Shown: positions 1-9,227 of the stretch, piece by piece | How the letters are laid out: every line of letters begins with the position of its first letter | How positions within the stretch are numbered: the stretch's first letter is position 1 | NCBI GenBank assembly: GCA_964531735.1 | Contig: CAZHGD010000013.1 | Coordinates: forward strand, 12,510-76,509 | Reading direction: 5' to 3' | DNA length: 64,000 nt | From: an uncultured Fimbriimonadaceae bacterium | GTDB lineage: Bacteria; Armatimonadota; UBA10988 | Notes under the pieces: generated by a model | The model's input: the letters and a program-made list of their open reading frames with translations, nothing else | What the model was told of the DNA's origin: nothing | Database searches by the model: none | Program-made: the position numbers and the translations under genes

Positions 1-2459
1 TCCCAGGCCAGGTCGTAGGCGAACACCGTATCGTTCTCGCCCAGGCGGAGCTTGGTGACGATCTCGCGCATCTGGGGCCAGAGGAAGTCCATCGGTGTCC
101 CCGGCCGCAGCGACACGTTCGCTTTGAGATGGTGGTCCTCGCAGCGCATCAGCAGGTCGAGCAGGTTCCGGGCGGACAGTGCGTCATGGTAGATGAACAC
201 GCTGACCATGTTGAACCCGATGCGCTCGACACGGGCCAAGTCACGTTCGATGATAGCCGGATCGTACGCCTTGGCCGAGACCCAGCTCTCGAAGTAAGGG
301 CCTTCTTCGGTGCCGATGCCCGAGGACGGCATGTAGTTGACGCCGTGCAGGATCCACGGCCGTCCATCGAGCACGAAGTCACCGTCTTTGACCGTGACCC
401 AGCGGGGGTTGGCGTTCGGCCGCCAGACGCGCAGTTCGTGCGCGAGCCGGTCGATGGCCGCCTGGCCGCGTCGCAGCTCGACCGCCACCTTGAACGGCCC
501 GGTGGCACCCGCCGCGATGGGGCACGGCGCTGACACCGCGAGACTGCCACCGGCGGGCACGGTGACCGGCCAATCGTGGCTCCAGACCGTCTGCCCCTGG
601 TGGTTGGTGACCTCGGCGTGGATGGTGCCGGTGTTCGGCCGGAGCCCGCGGTTGGTGACCACGGCGCCGACGGGAACGTCCTCGCCACCAAACGACGCAT
701 ACCAGGCGGCGCCGCCCTCGTAGAGGAACAGGCCGTCGAGCAGGCGGCGGGCGACCTGGACGAGCCAGTCGCGGGTGGCCGGCGCGGCGAAGAAGGCCGG
801 ATCGGCAATCGGCGCGCTGACCACGACGCCGCCCGATCGGCCCTCGGCGCCGTTGAGCACCAGGGCGACCGGCGATCCGGCAACGTCGCCGCGCTCGTCG
901 AGGGCCTGGTAGAGCGGCGCGAACCGCCACGGCCGGCCCTTGTGCAGGCCGCTCCCGTCGGGTCGCGGGTGCGGGCTGAGCGCAGTGGCTGGCCGGGGTA
1001 GGGCAGCGGTCGGCGCTGCCAACAGCCCGGCGGGGTCGACGCGGTAGTTCGCCGCATTGGTGACGGGGTAGACCTTGTAGCGTGGTGAGACGGCCTCGAT
1101 GGCCGGCACGGGCGGCTCCGGCCCGGTCAGCGCCGCGGCGTCGTCACCGGCCGGCGCGCCGGAGGTGCCGAACTCGTCCAGCCAGATGGTGTGCGCGCCA
1201 TGGCCGGCCAGTCGGGTGTGGGTGTCGGCGACGCCCAGCGAGAAGCGAACGGCGTTCCGCGGCTGGAACGTGTCGCGCCGCCGGCTGTCCGGTCCGGTCC
1301 ACAGCTTGAACGCGCTGGGCGGCAGGGCGTAGGGTCGCCACTGGGTGGTCAACGGCACGACGGCGATCCACCGCGAGCCGTCGGCCTCGTCCCACTCGAG
1401 CGCGAACTCGGGCGTGCTGGCAGCGCCCTTGGCCCAGAAGCAGGTCCACGTCCGCTCGCTACCAAAGGGGTTCGGCAAGCTGGGGCTGGCGAAGGTGTCC
1501 CACCCGGTGTTGTTGGCAAGGTCTACCCGCAGGCAGCCGGCAGTGCCCTTGGCGCCGTTGGCTTCGCGCGCGCAACGGGAGGCTGGCTTGGCGTCGTTGG
1601 TGGCGCGCACCCAGGGGCCGGCGTCGCTGGTCTCGAAGTTGAGCGCCACCTGCACCGGCAGCGACTGCGCGACGGCCGACACGTAGTCGGAGTAGGCGAG
1701 CCACTGGCCGGCCCAGGGGTACAGCAGGCGGCTGAACGCGGGCCCACCCAGCACCATCAGGCGGCCACCGCGGTCCGCATACTGTGAGACGGCCTTCATG
1801 GCTTCGGCGGGCATGGTGCGGCTGTCCGCCAGAATCAGCAGGTCGATCACCTCCGGCAGCAGCAGGTCGGGGTTGACGACGGCGGCATCGTCGAGGTGTT
1901 CGACGGCGCAGCCGGCCTGTTGCAGCGACGATGCCAACGCGGCCGCGAGGTCGCGCGGCCAATCGGCCGAGGGCGGCTGGTACAGGGCCACCAGGCCCTG
2001 CGCCCCGCGGCGCGCCGCCAAGCGGGCGCGGTGGTTCTTGGCGGCCTCACGGCGACGCGCCACGACGTCGGCGCGGACGGCCGTGACCACGGCGATCGGT
2101 CGGGTGTGGACGATGGGGCAGTACGACTGACGCCAGTCGTCTCCCATCCAGACGGCCAACTGGACCTCCGGTGACTCGGCGGCCCCGGGAGCCATGAACC
2201 GAACCCGTAGGGTGCCGCTGCCCGCGACCGACCGGCGCTCCTGCGCGATGACCTCGCCGCGCGCGTCCTTCATCTCGCAGCGCAGGGCCACGGCCGGGGC
2301 GCCGTCCGGCGCGCGGTACCGTACGGTGACTTCGAACCCGGTTCGCTCCACGACCTCGCGCGGCGGATCGGGCCACTCGGCAACATAGCCGGGTTGCTGT
2401 GCGGTCGACAGGTTGGCCAGCAGCAGTAGGCATGGCCAGACGGCCAGGTGGGTTCGCAT
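1..2459 (-). CDS. Secreted glycoside-hydrolase-like protein (TIM-barrel GH, GH2/GH5-like); 5' end complete, 3' end runs off the window start
   Basis: The frame with no ORF-track entries on the minus strand is open for ~819 codons from ATG at 2459 (the track omits ORFs lacking an in-window stop). N-terminus is MRTHLAVWPCLLLLANLSTAQQ, a signal peptide. Strong GC3 bias. C-terminal region carries RPWILHGVNYMPSSGIGTEEGPYFESW...FAYDLAWE, typical of a GH TIM-barrel. Confidence 0.6.
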   Translation of the reverse strand, partial: MRTHLAVWPCLLLLANLSTAQQPGYVAEWPDPPREVVERTGFEVTVRYRAPDGAPAVALRCEMKDARGEVIAQERRSVAGSGTLRVRFMAPGAAESPEVQLAVWMGDDWRQSYCPIVHTRPIAVVTAVRADVVARRREAAKNHRARLAARRGAQGLVALYQPPSADWPRDLAAALASSLQQAGCAVEHLDDAAVVNPDLLLPEVIDLLILADSRTMPAEAMKAVSQYADRGGRLMVLGGPAFSRLLYPWAGQWLAYSDYVSAVAQSLPVQVALNFETSDAGPWVRATNDAKPASRCAREANGAKGTAGCLRVDLANNTGWDTFASPSLPNPFGSERTWTCFWAKGAASTPEFALEWDEADGSRWIAVVPLTTQWRPYALPPSAFKLWTGPDSRRRDTFQPRNAVRFSLGVADTHTRLAGHGAHTIWLDEFGTSGAPAGDDAAALTGPEPPVPAIEAVSPRYKVYPVTNAANYRVDPAGLLAAPTAALPRPATALSPHPRPDGSGLHKGRPWRFAPLYQALDERGDVAGSPVALVLNGAEGRSGGVVVSAPIADPAFFAAPATRDWLVQVARRLLDGLFLYEGGAAWYASFGGEDVPVGAVVTNRGLRPNTGTIHAEVTNHQGQTVWSHDWPVTVPAGGSLAVSAPCPIAAGATGPFKVAVELRRGQAAIDRLAHELRVWRPNANPRWVTVKDGDFVLDGRPWILHGVNYMPSSGIGTEEGPYFESWVSAKAYDPAIIERDLARVERIGFNMVSVFIYHDALSARNLLDLLMRCEDHHLKANVSLRPGTPMDFLWPQMREIVTKLRLGENDTVFAYDLAW

Positions 2460-2735
2460 ACGGGGCGACTCCTGGTTGCCTATTGGCTGCGGGCCGTGGC
2501 TGGCCCTCCTTGCGTCGTGCCCGGCCGCCCCCGCGCCGAGTTCGGCCGAGCAGGCGGCCGGCCGGGCTATCGGGCTGTGGATTGGTGCGCCGCCCGCCGC
2601 GCCGGCAGACCATGGCGCGCTCCGTCCGACTCGCCGCCGGGATCGACACGGTGTTGCGTTGTTGCTCGCCATGTGATATGCCTGCGCGCGGACGTAGCTC
2701 AGGGGTGCTGGGTGATCCGGGGTGGAGCAGTAACC

Positions 2736-5183
2736 ATGAAGTTCCGACATGTTCCGATGGGCGTGGCAGTCGGCGTTCTGCTGGCCGGTCTGCTGTTCGG
2801 CTGCGGCGGGTCCGGCTCGGGGCGGACCGGCGGCGCCCAGAGCGCCGCGTCGGCAGCGCGGGCCGGGCGGCAGACCACGACGTATCACCAGGCGGACAGG
2901 AACTCCGACGGCCGGATCGTGATCGACGAGGTGACCTCGTACATTGCCTCATGGAAGAGCGGCACGTACGACGACATCAACATGGTGACCAACGCTATCA
3001 CGCTCTGGAAGACCGGTGAGGTCTACCACTATGATGCCGCGGTGGCGCCGCCCTTTGTGCCAGGCGCGGCCGGCGTGAACCTCAGCACGGACAACGTGCC
3101 GGCGGTTCAGGGCACGCGGTCGTTCCAGGTGCCGCAGATCAGCGGCGCGGGCCTCACCAACGCCACGCTCAGTCTGGAACTGACCAACGAGAGCGACAAC
3201 ACTCGCGCGCGAAGGTTGATCCTCTACCTGACGTCCTCGGACGGCACCTTCAACCACACGCCAGTGGTGGTCACCGCGCTGTCGCGCAACCATATCGAGG
3301 GCACGGCCACCGTTGGCAACAAGGTCTACTCGGTGGTGATCGACATCTCGGATGACGGGAACAGCGTCCGGATCACCATCACGCTCGAAGGGAGCAGCGG
3401 CACCGGGCAAGGCAGTGCGGTGCCCACGAACACCGGCAGCGCTACGGCGGACGCGTCGCTAATGGCCACGGCGACGGGCAAGCTGCAGAACCTGCTGACC
3501 GACGCGGCGCAGCATCGCGTCGTGACGCTGGCGAACTTGCGGGCTGCGCGCGATGCGTTTGCGGCGGCCCGCACCAGTGGGCCGAATGACCCGGCGGCCA
3601 ACTTCGGATGGGCGGTGACCCACCTCGCCACCACGGCGCGCGAAGTCGCTGAGCAGGCCGGGGTGAGCAGTGCCGACCTCGACGAACTGACCAACCGGTC
3701 GGCCGGCGAACAGGCCATGACCGTGGCACCGCGGTTGATCACCGCGGCCAGCGCGAGCATGTTCAGCCCGGCTGGACTGGTCGACACGATCGGCAGCGCG
3801 CCCCAACTGGGCGGCGCGAGCGCCATGCTGCCGATGGGCCTGGTGTACCAGAGCGTCTCCGGCGGCGCCGCGGCCAGCCGTCGCCGCACGGTGCTGGACA
3901 ACGGGCTCGACACGGCCAAGCTGTATGCCGGCGTCCGCGACACGCTGGTGCCGGCGATCGGCGAGGCCATTCGAGCGATCGAGGTCACTCGGGCGGCGGC
4001 GAGCTTCCACTACGAGTTGCAGTTCACCGACAGCAACAGCGAGACACAGCGGCTGATCATCGAGGCGAAGGAGGCCGATCTGTTCGCGGCGGCGCTGGAC
4101 TTGCTGAGTTCGGCGGGGCAGTTCTGCTACGTCTACAACTACATCGACGCCGACTTCAACCAGAAGACCATCACGGCGGCCGAAGTCGCCGACGGTGTGC
4201 TGACGCCCGATGAGTGGTTCTACCCGACACCGTTTGGCGTCCTGCAGGTCGGCGGGCCGGCGCGAGGGCAGGCAGCTTTCCTGCGCCTGCAGTCGGCGGT
4301 GGACAAGTTGAGCCTGGCCTGGGGCAAGATCAACTCGGCCAACAGTATCGCGGGGCAGAACCTCGATGACCTGATCCCGTCCTGGCGGCGACCACGGTCG
4401 CTGTCGGCGGCCAACCGTGACAAGATCACGAACGGGCTGGCCGAGATGAAGACCATCCTGGCCGGTAAGTACACCATCAACTGGTCGTACTTCGAGACCA
4501 CGTTCGGCAACGGGGGCACGGTCGGCGCCGACTGGAAGACGACCTTCGTCTCGGTCAACGTGCCGGCGTTCTGGAACAACCCGCCGCAGGACCTGCGGAC
4601 CATCCTGCCGACGCTGGGCGAGGTGAGGCGCGGGACCGGCACCTACGCCGACTTCCGTGAGTACCTGTGTGGCACGCTGGATGGTGTTGCCAAGGGCCAC
4701 TGGCCCAGCGTTGGTGGCTCTGTCACGCTGGGCGGGCTTCTCGACCCACCAGTGACCGAGGCGGACCTGCTGACGAAGTGCCAGCTCCATGCGGTGGCAG
4801 TGCCCGGGACTGGCGGCTCGTATACGCTCAAGCTCAATCGGCGGCTACAGCCTTGGCAGACGTACACGGTGGAGTCGCCGTCGCTGCTTGGCACGTGGGA
4901 ACGGATCAGACAGTCTGTCGACGGCGGCCAGAACTGGAGCGCCACGACCGACGGGTACCGGGTGACGTTCGCCGACACGAGCAACTGGTCGGACAGCATG
5001 GCCAGGGCGGGCGTCTGGCTGCTCAACTGGACGCATCTGACCATGGCGCGCAGTGGCTACCCGAACGTGAGCGTTGACGTCTACATGTACCCCAATGGCA
5101 CGCTGATGAGATGGACGCACTATGCCGACGATACCTTTGGCACCGGCACGGGCGTGGTCACCGAGTACGCCAAGGTTCAGTAG
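2736..5183 (+). CDS. Large secreted lipoprotein of unknown function with an N-terminal EF-hand/dockerin-like Ca-binding loop
   Basis: ATG at 2736 follows GGTGGAG. MKFRHVPMGVAVGVLLAGLLFGCGGSG carries a lipobox (LFGC). DRNSDGRIVIDEV is a DxDxDG-type loop. Consistent GC3 bias over 815 codons. The ORF-track start at 2448 is an upstream in-frame extension. Confidence 0.7.
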   Translation: MKFRHVPMGVAVGVLLAGLLFGCGGSGSGRTGGAQSAASAARAGRQTTTYHQADRNSDGRIVIDEVTSYIASWKSGTYDDINMVTNAITLWKTGEVYHYDAAVAPPFVPGAAGVNLSTDNVPAVQGTRSFQVPQISGAGLTNATLSLELTNESDNTRARRLILYLTSSDGTFNHTPVVVTALSRNHIEGTATVGNKVYSVVIDISDDGNSVRITITLEGSSGTGQGSAVPTNTGSATADASLMATATGKLQNLLTDAAQHRVVTLANLRAARDAFAAARTSGPNDPAANFGWAVTHLATTAREVAEQAGVSSADLDELTNRSAGEQAMTVAPRLITAASASMFSPAGLVDTIGSAPQLGGASAMLPMGLVYQSVSGGAAASRRRTVLDNGLDTAKLYAGVRDTLVPAIGEAIRAIEVTRAAASFHYELQFTDSNSETQRLIIEAKEADLFAAALDLLSSAGQFCYVYNYIDADFNQKTITAAEVADGVLTPDEWFYPTPFGVLQVGGPARGQAAFLRLQSAVDKLSLAWGKINSANSIAGQNLDDLIPSWRRPRSLSAANRDKITNGLAEMKTILAGKYTINWSYFETTFGNGGTVGADWKTTFVSVNVPAFWNNPPQDLRTILPTLGEVRRGTGTYADFREYLCGTLDGVAKGHWPSVGGSVTLGGLLDPPVTEADLLTKCQLHAVAVPGTGGSYTLKLNRRLQPWQTYTVESPSLLGTWERIRQSVDGGQNWSATTDGYRVTFADTSNWSDSMARAGVWLLNWTHLTMARSGYPNVSVDVYMYPNGTLMRWTHYADDTFGTGTGVVTEYAKVQ

Positions 5184-5256
5184 CCAGTCTGCGCCATCGC
5201 AGGCACCGGCGCGCGACGGCGCGCGATGCCAACATCGTGGCCGGAGGGGGTGTGCC

Positions 5257-6615
5257 GTGGCGGTTGCTACGGCCGTGCTTGCGCGACGATGGTGCCTGCT
5301 CGCGGTGTTGGTGGTCGCGGTGCGGCCCACCCATGCCGGCGTGTTTGACCTCGCGCTGGGCAGCGACGACGTGTCGCACGCCTGGGTGCCGCGGCCGGAG
5401 CGGGGGATGTTGACGACCGATGACGAGGCGCTGCAGGCACGGCCGCGCGTCGATCACGAGTACCGGAGCGGGCCGCGGCTGCGCTGGTGGCGAGGCGGCC
5501 GGCTCGATGGCGCCGCGGATTCGAGCGCCGATCTGTGGCGCGTCTCCGCGCGGGTGGCCGGTGCGCGCCTTCAGGCCGAACTGTGGCGCGAGCGTGACGC
5601 CATCGACCAGGGCCGCACCACGCACGACACCTCGGCCAGCGCGCGGCTGCCGCAGGCCAGCCTTCGGCTGGTCTGCCCTGTGACGCCGCGCTGGCGTCTG
5701 GCCGCCGGCTACGACTACCAGCGCTGGCAGTTCGAGGCCCTGTCCAGCAGTCCGAAGCTGCAACCAACCAGCGACGGGGTCTTCGCGCTCGACCAGCGGC
5801 GGCAGCGCTGCTGGCTGGGTGTCGGTGGCGACATCGGCGACTTGAGTCTGGCGCTGAACGGGGCTTGGCGCGACCATCGTGGCTCGCTGTCCACGCACCT
5901 GCGCCACATGCTGGGCACCGTCGGCCTGGGCGGGCCCGGCTACGAGATAGCCGCCGTGGTGGGTGTCCGGGCCGGCGCCGGCTGGTGCGTCCGCCTCGGT
6001 GCCGGCTACACCAACGTGCGCAGCCATGCGGGGATCCGGCTGGATGGTGTGCGCCACGGTCGCTCATCGCCCTATGAGACGGAGTTCCGCTGGTCGGCCG
6101 AGGCGCAGGGCGCGGTCAGCTCGTCGCTCGACTGGTGGGGCGCGGTCTACCACCGGCGGTTCCACTTCGGTGACGCCGGCGGTGCGACGGCCCTGGCCCC
6201 GCCACTCGGCTCGCTCATCGGCCCGTACTACCGAGTCAGCGCCGACCTGGACCTGATGATGACCGGGTTGGGCAGCGGGCTCTCTTGGCGCGCCGACCGG
6301 CGCTCGCAACTGTCCACCGCGATCAACCTCGGCGTCGGCCACGCAGTAGGCGGCTACGGCGCCTGGGAACGGAACGGTAGCAAGCCGGAGAAGCTGATCA
6401 GCACGAGTAGCGTGGACCAGGGCCTGCTGCTGCTGGGCCTGTCGCTCAGCGGCGAGCAGCGTCTGGGCACGGTCACCGTGGGCGCGGGCACGTTCGCGCC
6501 GGTGCTCCTGCCGCACAACCGGCGAGCGCGCCCGTCGGGCGGCGGGGCGGGCGGGCAGGGCTCGCGGATCGCGGTGGGCGTGCCCTTCCGCGTCTGGGTG
6601 TCAGTGCCGTGGTAA
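5257..6615 (+). CDS. Outer-membrane beta-barrel protein (porin-like), unknown family
   Basis: GTG at 5257 follows GGAGGGGG with a 6-nt spacer. Signal peptide VAVATAVLARRWCLLAVLVVAVRPTHA/G. Gly/Arg-rich alternating beta-strand-like composition. C-terminus ...VPFRVWVSVPW ends in an aromatic residue, the OMP signature. It sits 70 nt downstream of the lipoprotein gene. Confidence 0.55.
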   Translation: MAVATAVLARRWCLLAVLVVAVRPTHAGVFDLALGSDDVSHAWVPRPERGMLTTDDEALQARPRVDHEYRSGPRLRWWRGGRLDGAADSSADLWRVSARVAGARLQAELWRERDAIDQGRTTHDTSASARLPQASLRLVCPVTPRWRLAAGYDYQRWQFEALSSSPKLQPTSDGVFALDQRRQRCWLGVGGDIGDLSLALNGAWRDHRGSLSTHLRHMLGTVGLGGPGYEIAAVVGVRAGAGWCVRLGAGYTNVRSHAGIRLDGVRHGRSSPYETEFRWSAEAQGAVSSSLDWWGAVYHRRFHFGDAGGATALAPPLGSLIGPYYRVSADLDLMMTGLGSGLSWRADRRSQLSTAINLGVGHAVGGYGAWERNGSKPEKLISTSSVDQGLLLLGLSLSGEQRLGTVTVGAGTFAPVLLPHNRRARPSGGGAGGQGSRIAVGVPFRVWVSVPW

Positions 6616-6617
6616 CG

Positions 6618-9215
6618 TCAGTCGCCGCTGCGCCCGCGCTTGCGCCGCCGCGACGGCGCCGAGCGCGGTGCCCGGCGCCGCGTGTCCTTCTCGACATCGT
6701 GGTAGACCTGTCCACGCAGCGAGACCTTGAGCACGCCAAGTGAGGGCAGCCGGTTGAGCAGTTGCTCCAACTGCGTGCGGTCCACCAACTCCAGGTTGAG
6801 CCGCATCGTCGCCATGTGGTCGGTACCGGCCTTGTAGAGCCGCGGCGAGACCGTGTTGATGCGCAGGATGTTGACGCCCAGGTCGCTCATCAACTGCGTC
6901 AGGTCGCGCAGCAAGCCGATGCGGTCCTGAGCGCGTATCTCCAGCGGCACGTCGTAGAGCAGATGCTCGGTCTGCGACCAGTCGAGGCGCACGATCCGGT
7001 CGGGTTCCTTCTCGCGCAGGTACCGGACGTTGGAGCAGTCCTCGCGATGGATGGCGATGCCGGTGCCGCGCGTAATGTAGCCGCAGATCGGGTCGCCCGG
7101 GATGGGCAGACAGCACTTGCTGCGCCGCATCATCAGCGTACTCAGGCCCTGGTACGAGGCGGCGGCCTCCTGGCGCGGCTCTTCAGGCACGGCATCGGGT
7201 GGCAGCGGCTCGGGCAGCGTGTCGGTCAGGCCCGCTGCTTCCCAGGCTTCATCGATGTCCAACTGCATCTGGCGGACGACGCCTTCGGCCGCCGTGACGC
7301 CGTCACCGACGGCCGTGAGCAGGTCCTCGGTGCAGTGGTAGTTGCGGCGCCGGGCGATGCGCGTGAGGACGTCTTCGACCGGCTGGTCCGGGGCGCGGCG
7401 CCGGTGTGTGGCCGGCAACTCGCGGTCGCGGCGGTAGAGGTCTTCGAGGTCGACATGGATGCGCGCGGCTTCTTCTTCGAGCAGCCGCTGGCCTTGCTCG
7501 ATGAGCGTGCCGCGCTCCTGGCGGCGGAAGTACTGCCGGATCCGGTTGCGGGCCGTGGGCGTGCGCACGAACTTGAGCCAGTCGCGCGACGGCCCGGTGT
7601 TGCGCTGGCGGATGATGTCCACCTGGTCGCCGTTGTGGAGCTGATAGTCCAGCGGCACCATCCGCTTGTTGACCCGCGCGCCGACGGTGGTGTGGCCGAC
7701 CTCGGTGTGGATGCGGTAGCTGAAGTCCACCACGGTGGCGCCCTTGGGCAGGTCGATGACCTCGCCTTTGGGCGTGAACACGAAGACCTCTTCTTCCCAG
7801 AGGCTGCCCTCGACCTCCTGCATGAACTCGTCGACTTCGGCGTCGTTCCGGCCGTCATCGCTGTCCGGCACCGGCATCGGCGGCGATTCCTTGGCCATCT
7901 CGAACAGCCGGCGCAGAATGGTCAGCTTGTTGGCGAAAGTCTCGTCAACGACGCCGTCTTCCTTGTAGCGCCAGTGCGCCGCGACGCCGTACTCCGCCTG
8001 GCGGTGCATGTCGTCGGTCCGGATCTGCACCTCCATGGGGCCATGACCCGGCACAATCACCTTGGTGTGGATGGACCGGTAGCCATTGGCCTTGGGGCTG
8101 GAGATGTAGTCGGCGAAGTGCTCGGGTTGGTGCGGCCACAGGCTATGTACGATGTACAGCACCTTGTAGCAGTGCCAGACCGTGTCGGTGACCACGCGGA
8201 TGGCTTCGAGGTCGTAGATGTCGTCGAAGTTGATGCCTTGCCGGCGCATCTTGTTGTAGATGCTGCACAGGTGCTTCGGGCGGCCGTAGACGTCGCCAGG
8301 AACGTTCTCGTTGGCGAGGGCCTCGCGGATCCGTTTGACGACCGCGTCGATTTCGACGATGCGCTCGTCGCGCGTCTTGGACACGCGACGCTCGATCTCG
8401 AAGAACTCCTCCGGCTCGAGGTACCGGAACGCCAGGTCTTCCATCTCCCACTTGATGCGCCAGATGCCGAGGCGATCGGCCAGCTTGGCATAGATGACCT
8501 CGGTCTCGCGCGCGATCTTGATCTGCTTCGCCCGGCGCTTGGCGAACAGCGTCTGCATGTTGTGCAGACGGTCGGCCAGCTTGATCATCAGCACGCGCAC
8601 GTCGCGTGCGGCAGCGACCACCATGCGGCGGAGGTTCTCGGCTTGCAGTCGCTTGCGGATCTCCTCGACCCGCTCGGCGTTGCCCTTCTGGTCGGCCCGC
8701 CTCGGGCGCAGGCCCTGCAGTTCGAAGAAGCGCACCTCGCTGAGACGCGTCACGCCCTCAACCAGTGAGTTGATGGTCTTGCCGAAGTCCTCCAGGAGCT
8801 GCGCCTGCACATCTTCCTTGAGCCGCTCCACCATGTGCTGGAGGTTCTGGATCTCGGCCGCGATGGTCTCGGACTGCTTGCGCCGACTGGGCGGCAGTTC
8901 GTCCAGCTCGCGCTGCAGCCGCTTGATCTCACGCTCCTCGTCCTGAGCGCAGTCCTCAATGGCATCGTGCAGCAGGCAGGCCGCCAAGGCGTCCTCGTCG
9001 GCCTCGATGTCGGCCAGTATGTGCGCCGCGGCCAACGGATGCGTGATGTACGGTTCGCCGCTCTGGCGGAGCTGGCCGTCGTGGACCTTGTAGGCAAACG
9101 CGTAGGCGCGCCGGACCAGAGCGAAGTCGGCGTCAGGACGGTAGGCGACGACCCGCTGCAGCAGCTCCTCGAAGTGGGCGTCGATCTCGGCTTTGGTCTG
9201 GAGAAGCGTGCTCAT
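6618..9215 (-). CDS. rel: Bifunctional (p)ppGpp synthetase/hydrolase Rel/SpoT, long form (865 aa) with extra insertions
   Basis: HD motif HPLAAAHILADIEADEDALAACLLHDAIED. Synthetase motifs RPKHLCSIYNKM and GYRSIHTKVIVPGHGPMEVQIRTDDMHRQAEYGVAAHW. TGS domain (VFVFTPKGEVIDLPKGATVVDF). Cys-rich CC domain (CCLPIPGDPICGYITRGTGIAIHREDCSNV). C-terminal ACT domain. Confidence 0.9.
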   Translation of the reverse strand: MSTLLQTKAEIDAHFEELLQRVVAYRPDADFALVRRAYAFAYKVHDGQLRQSGEPYITHPLAAAHILADIEADEDALAACLLHDAIEDCAQDEEREIKRLQRELDELPPSRRKQSETIAAEIQNLQHMVERLKEDVQAQLLEDFGKTINSLVEGVTRLSEVRFFELQGLRPRRADQKGNAERVEEIRKRLQAENLRRMVVAAARDVRVLMIKLADRLHNMQTLFAKRRAKQIKIARETEVIYAKLADRLGIWRIKWEMEDLAFRYLEPEEFFEIERRVSKTRDERIVEIDAVVKRIREALANENVPGDVYGRPKHLCSIYNKMRRQGINFDDIYDLEAIRVVTDTVWHCYKVLYIVHSLWPHQPEHFADYISSPKANGYRSIHTKVIVPGHGPMEVQIRTDDMHRQAEYGVAAHWRYKEDGVVDETFANKLTILRRLFEMAKESPPMPVPDSDDGRNDAEVDEFMQEVEGSLWEEEVFVFTPKGEVIDLPKGATVVDFSYRIHTEVGHTTVGARVNKRMVPLDYQLHNGDQVDIIRQRNTGPSRDWLKFVRTPTARNRIRQYFRRQERGTLIEQGQRLLEEEAARIHVDLEDLYRRDRELPATHRRRAPDQPVEDVLTRIARRRNYHCTEDLLTAVGDGVTAAEGVVRQMQLDIDEAWEAAGLTDTLPEPLPPDAVPEEPRQEAAASYQGLSTLMMRRSKCCLPIPGDPICGYITRGTGIAIHREDCSNVRYLREKEPDRIVRLDWSQTEHLLYDVPLEIRAQDRIGLLRDLTQLMSDLGVNILRINTVSPRLYKAGTDHMATMRLNLELVDRTQLEQLLNRLPSLGVLKVSLRGQVYHDVEKDTRRRAPRSAPSRRRKRGRSGD

Positions 9216-9227
9216 CGCCCCGGTGTC

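Noticed and set aside
2448-2735. Upstream extension of the lipoprotein ORF, and a tRNA-like GTAGCTCAGGGG motif at about 2690-2735
   Set aside because: The extension lacks signal-peptide logic. The tRNA-like stretch has no matching T-arm (no GTTCGAATC-like box at the right spacing) and no complete cloverleaf, so I did not call a tRNA.
6762-8768. 668-aa plus-strand ORF
   Set aside because: Antisense to Rel/SpoT. The translation is dominated by V/A/G/D/R runs without motifs.
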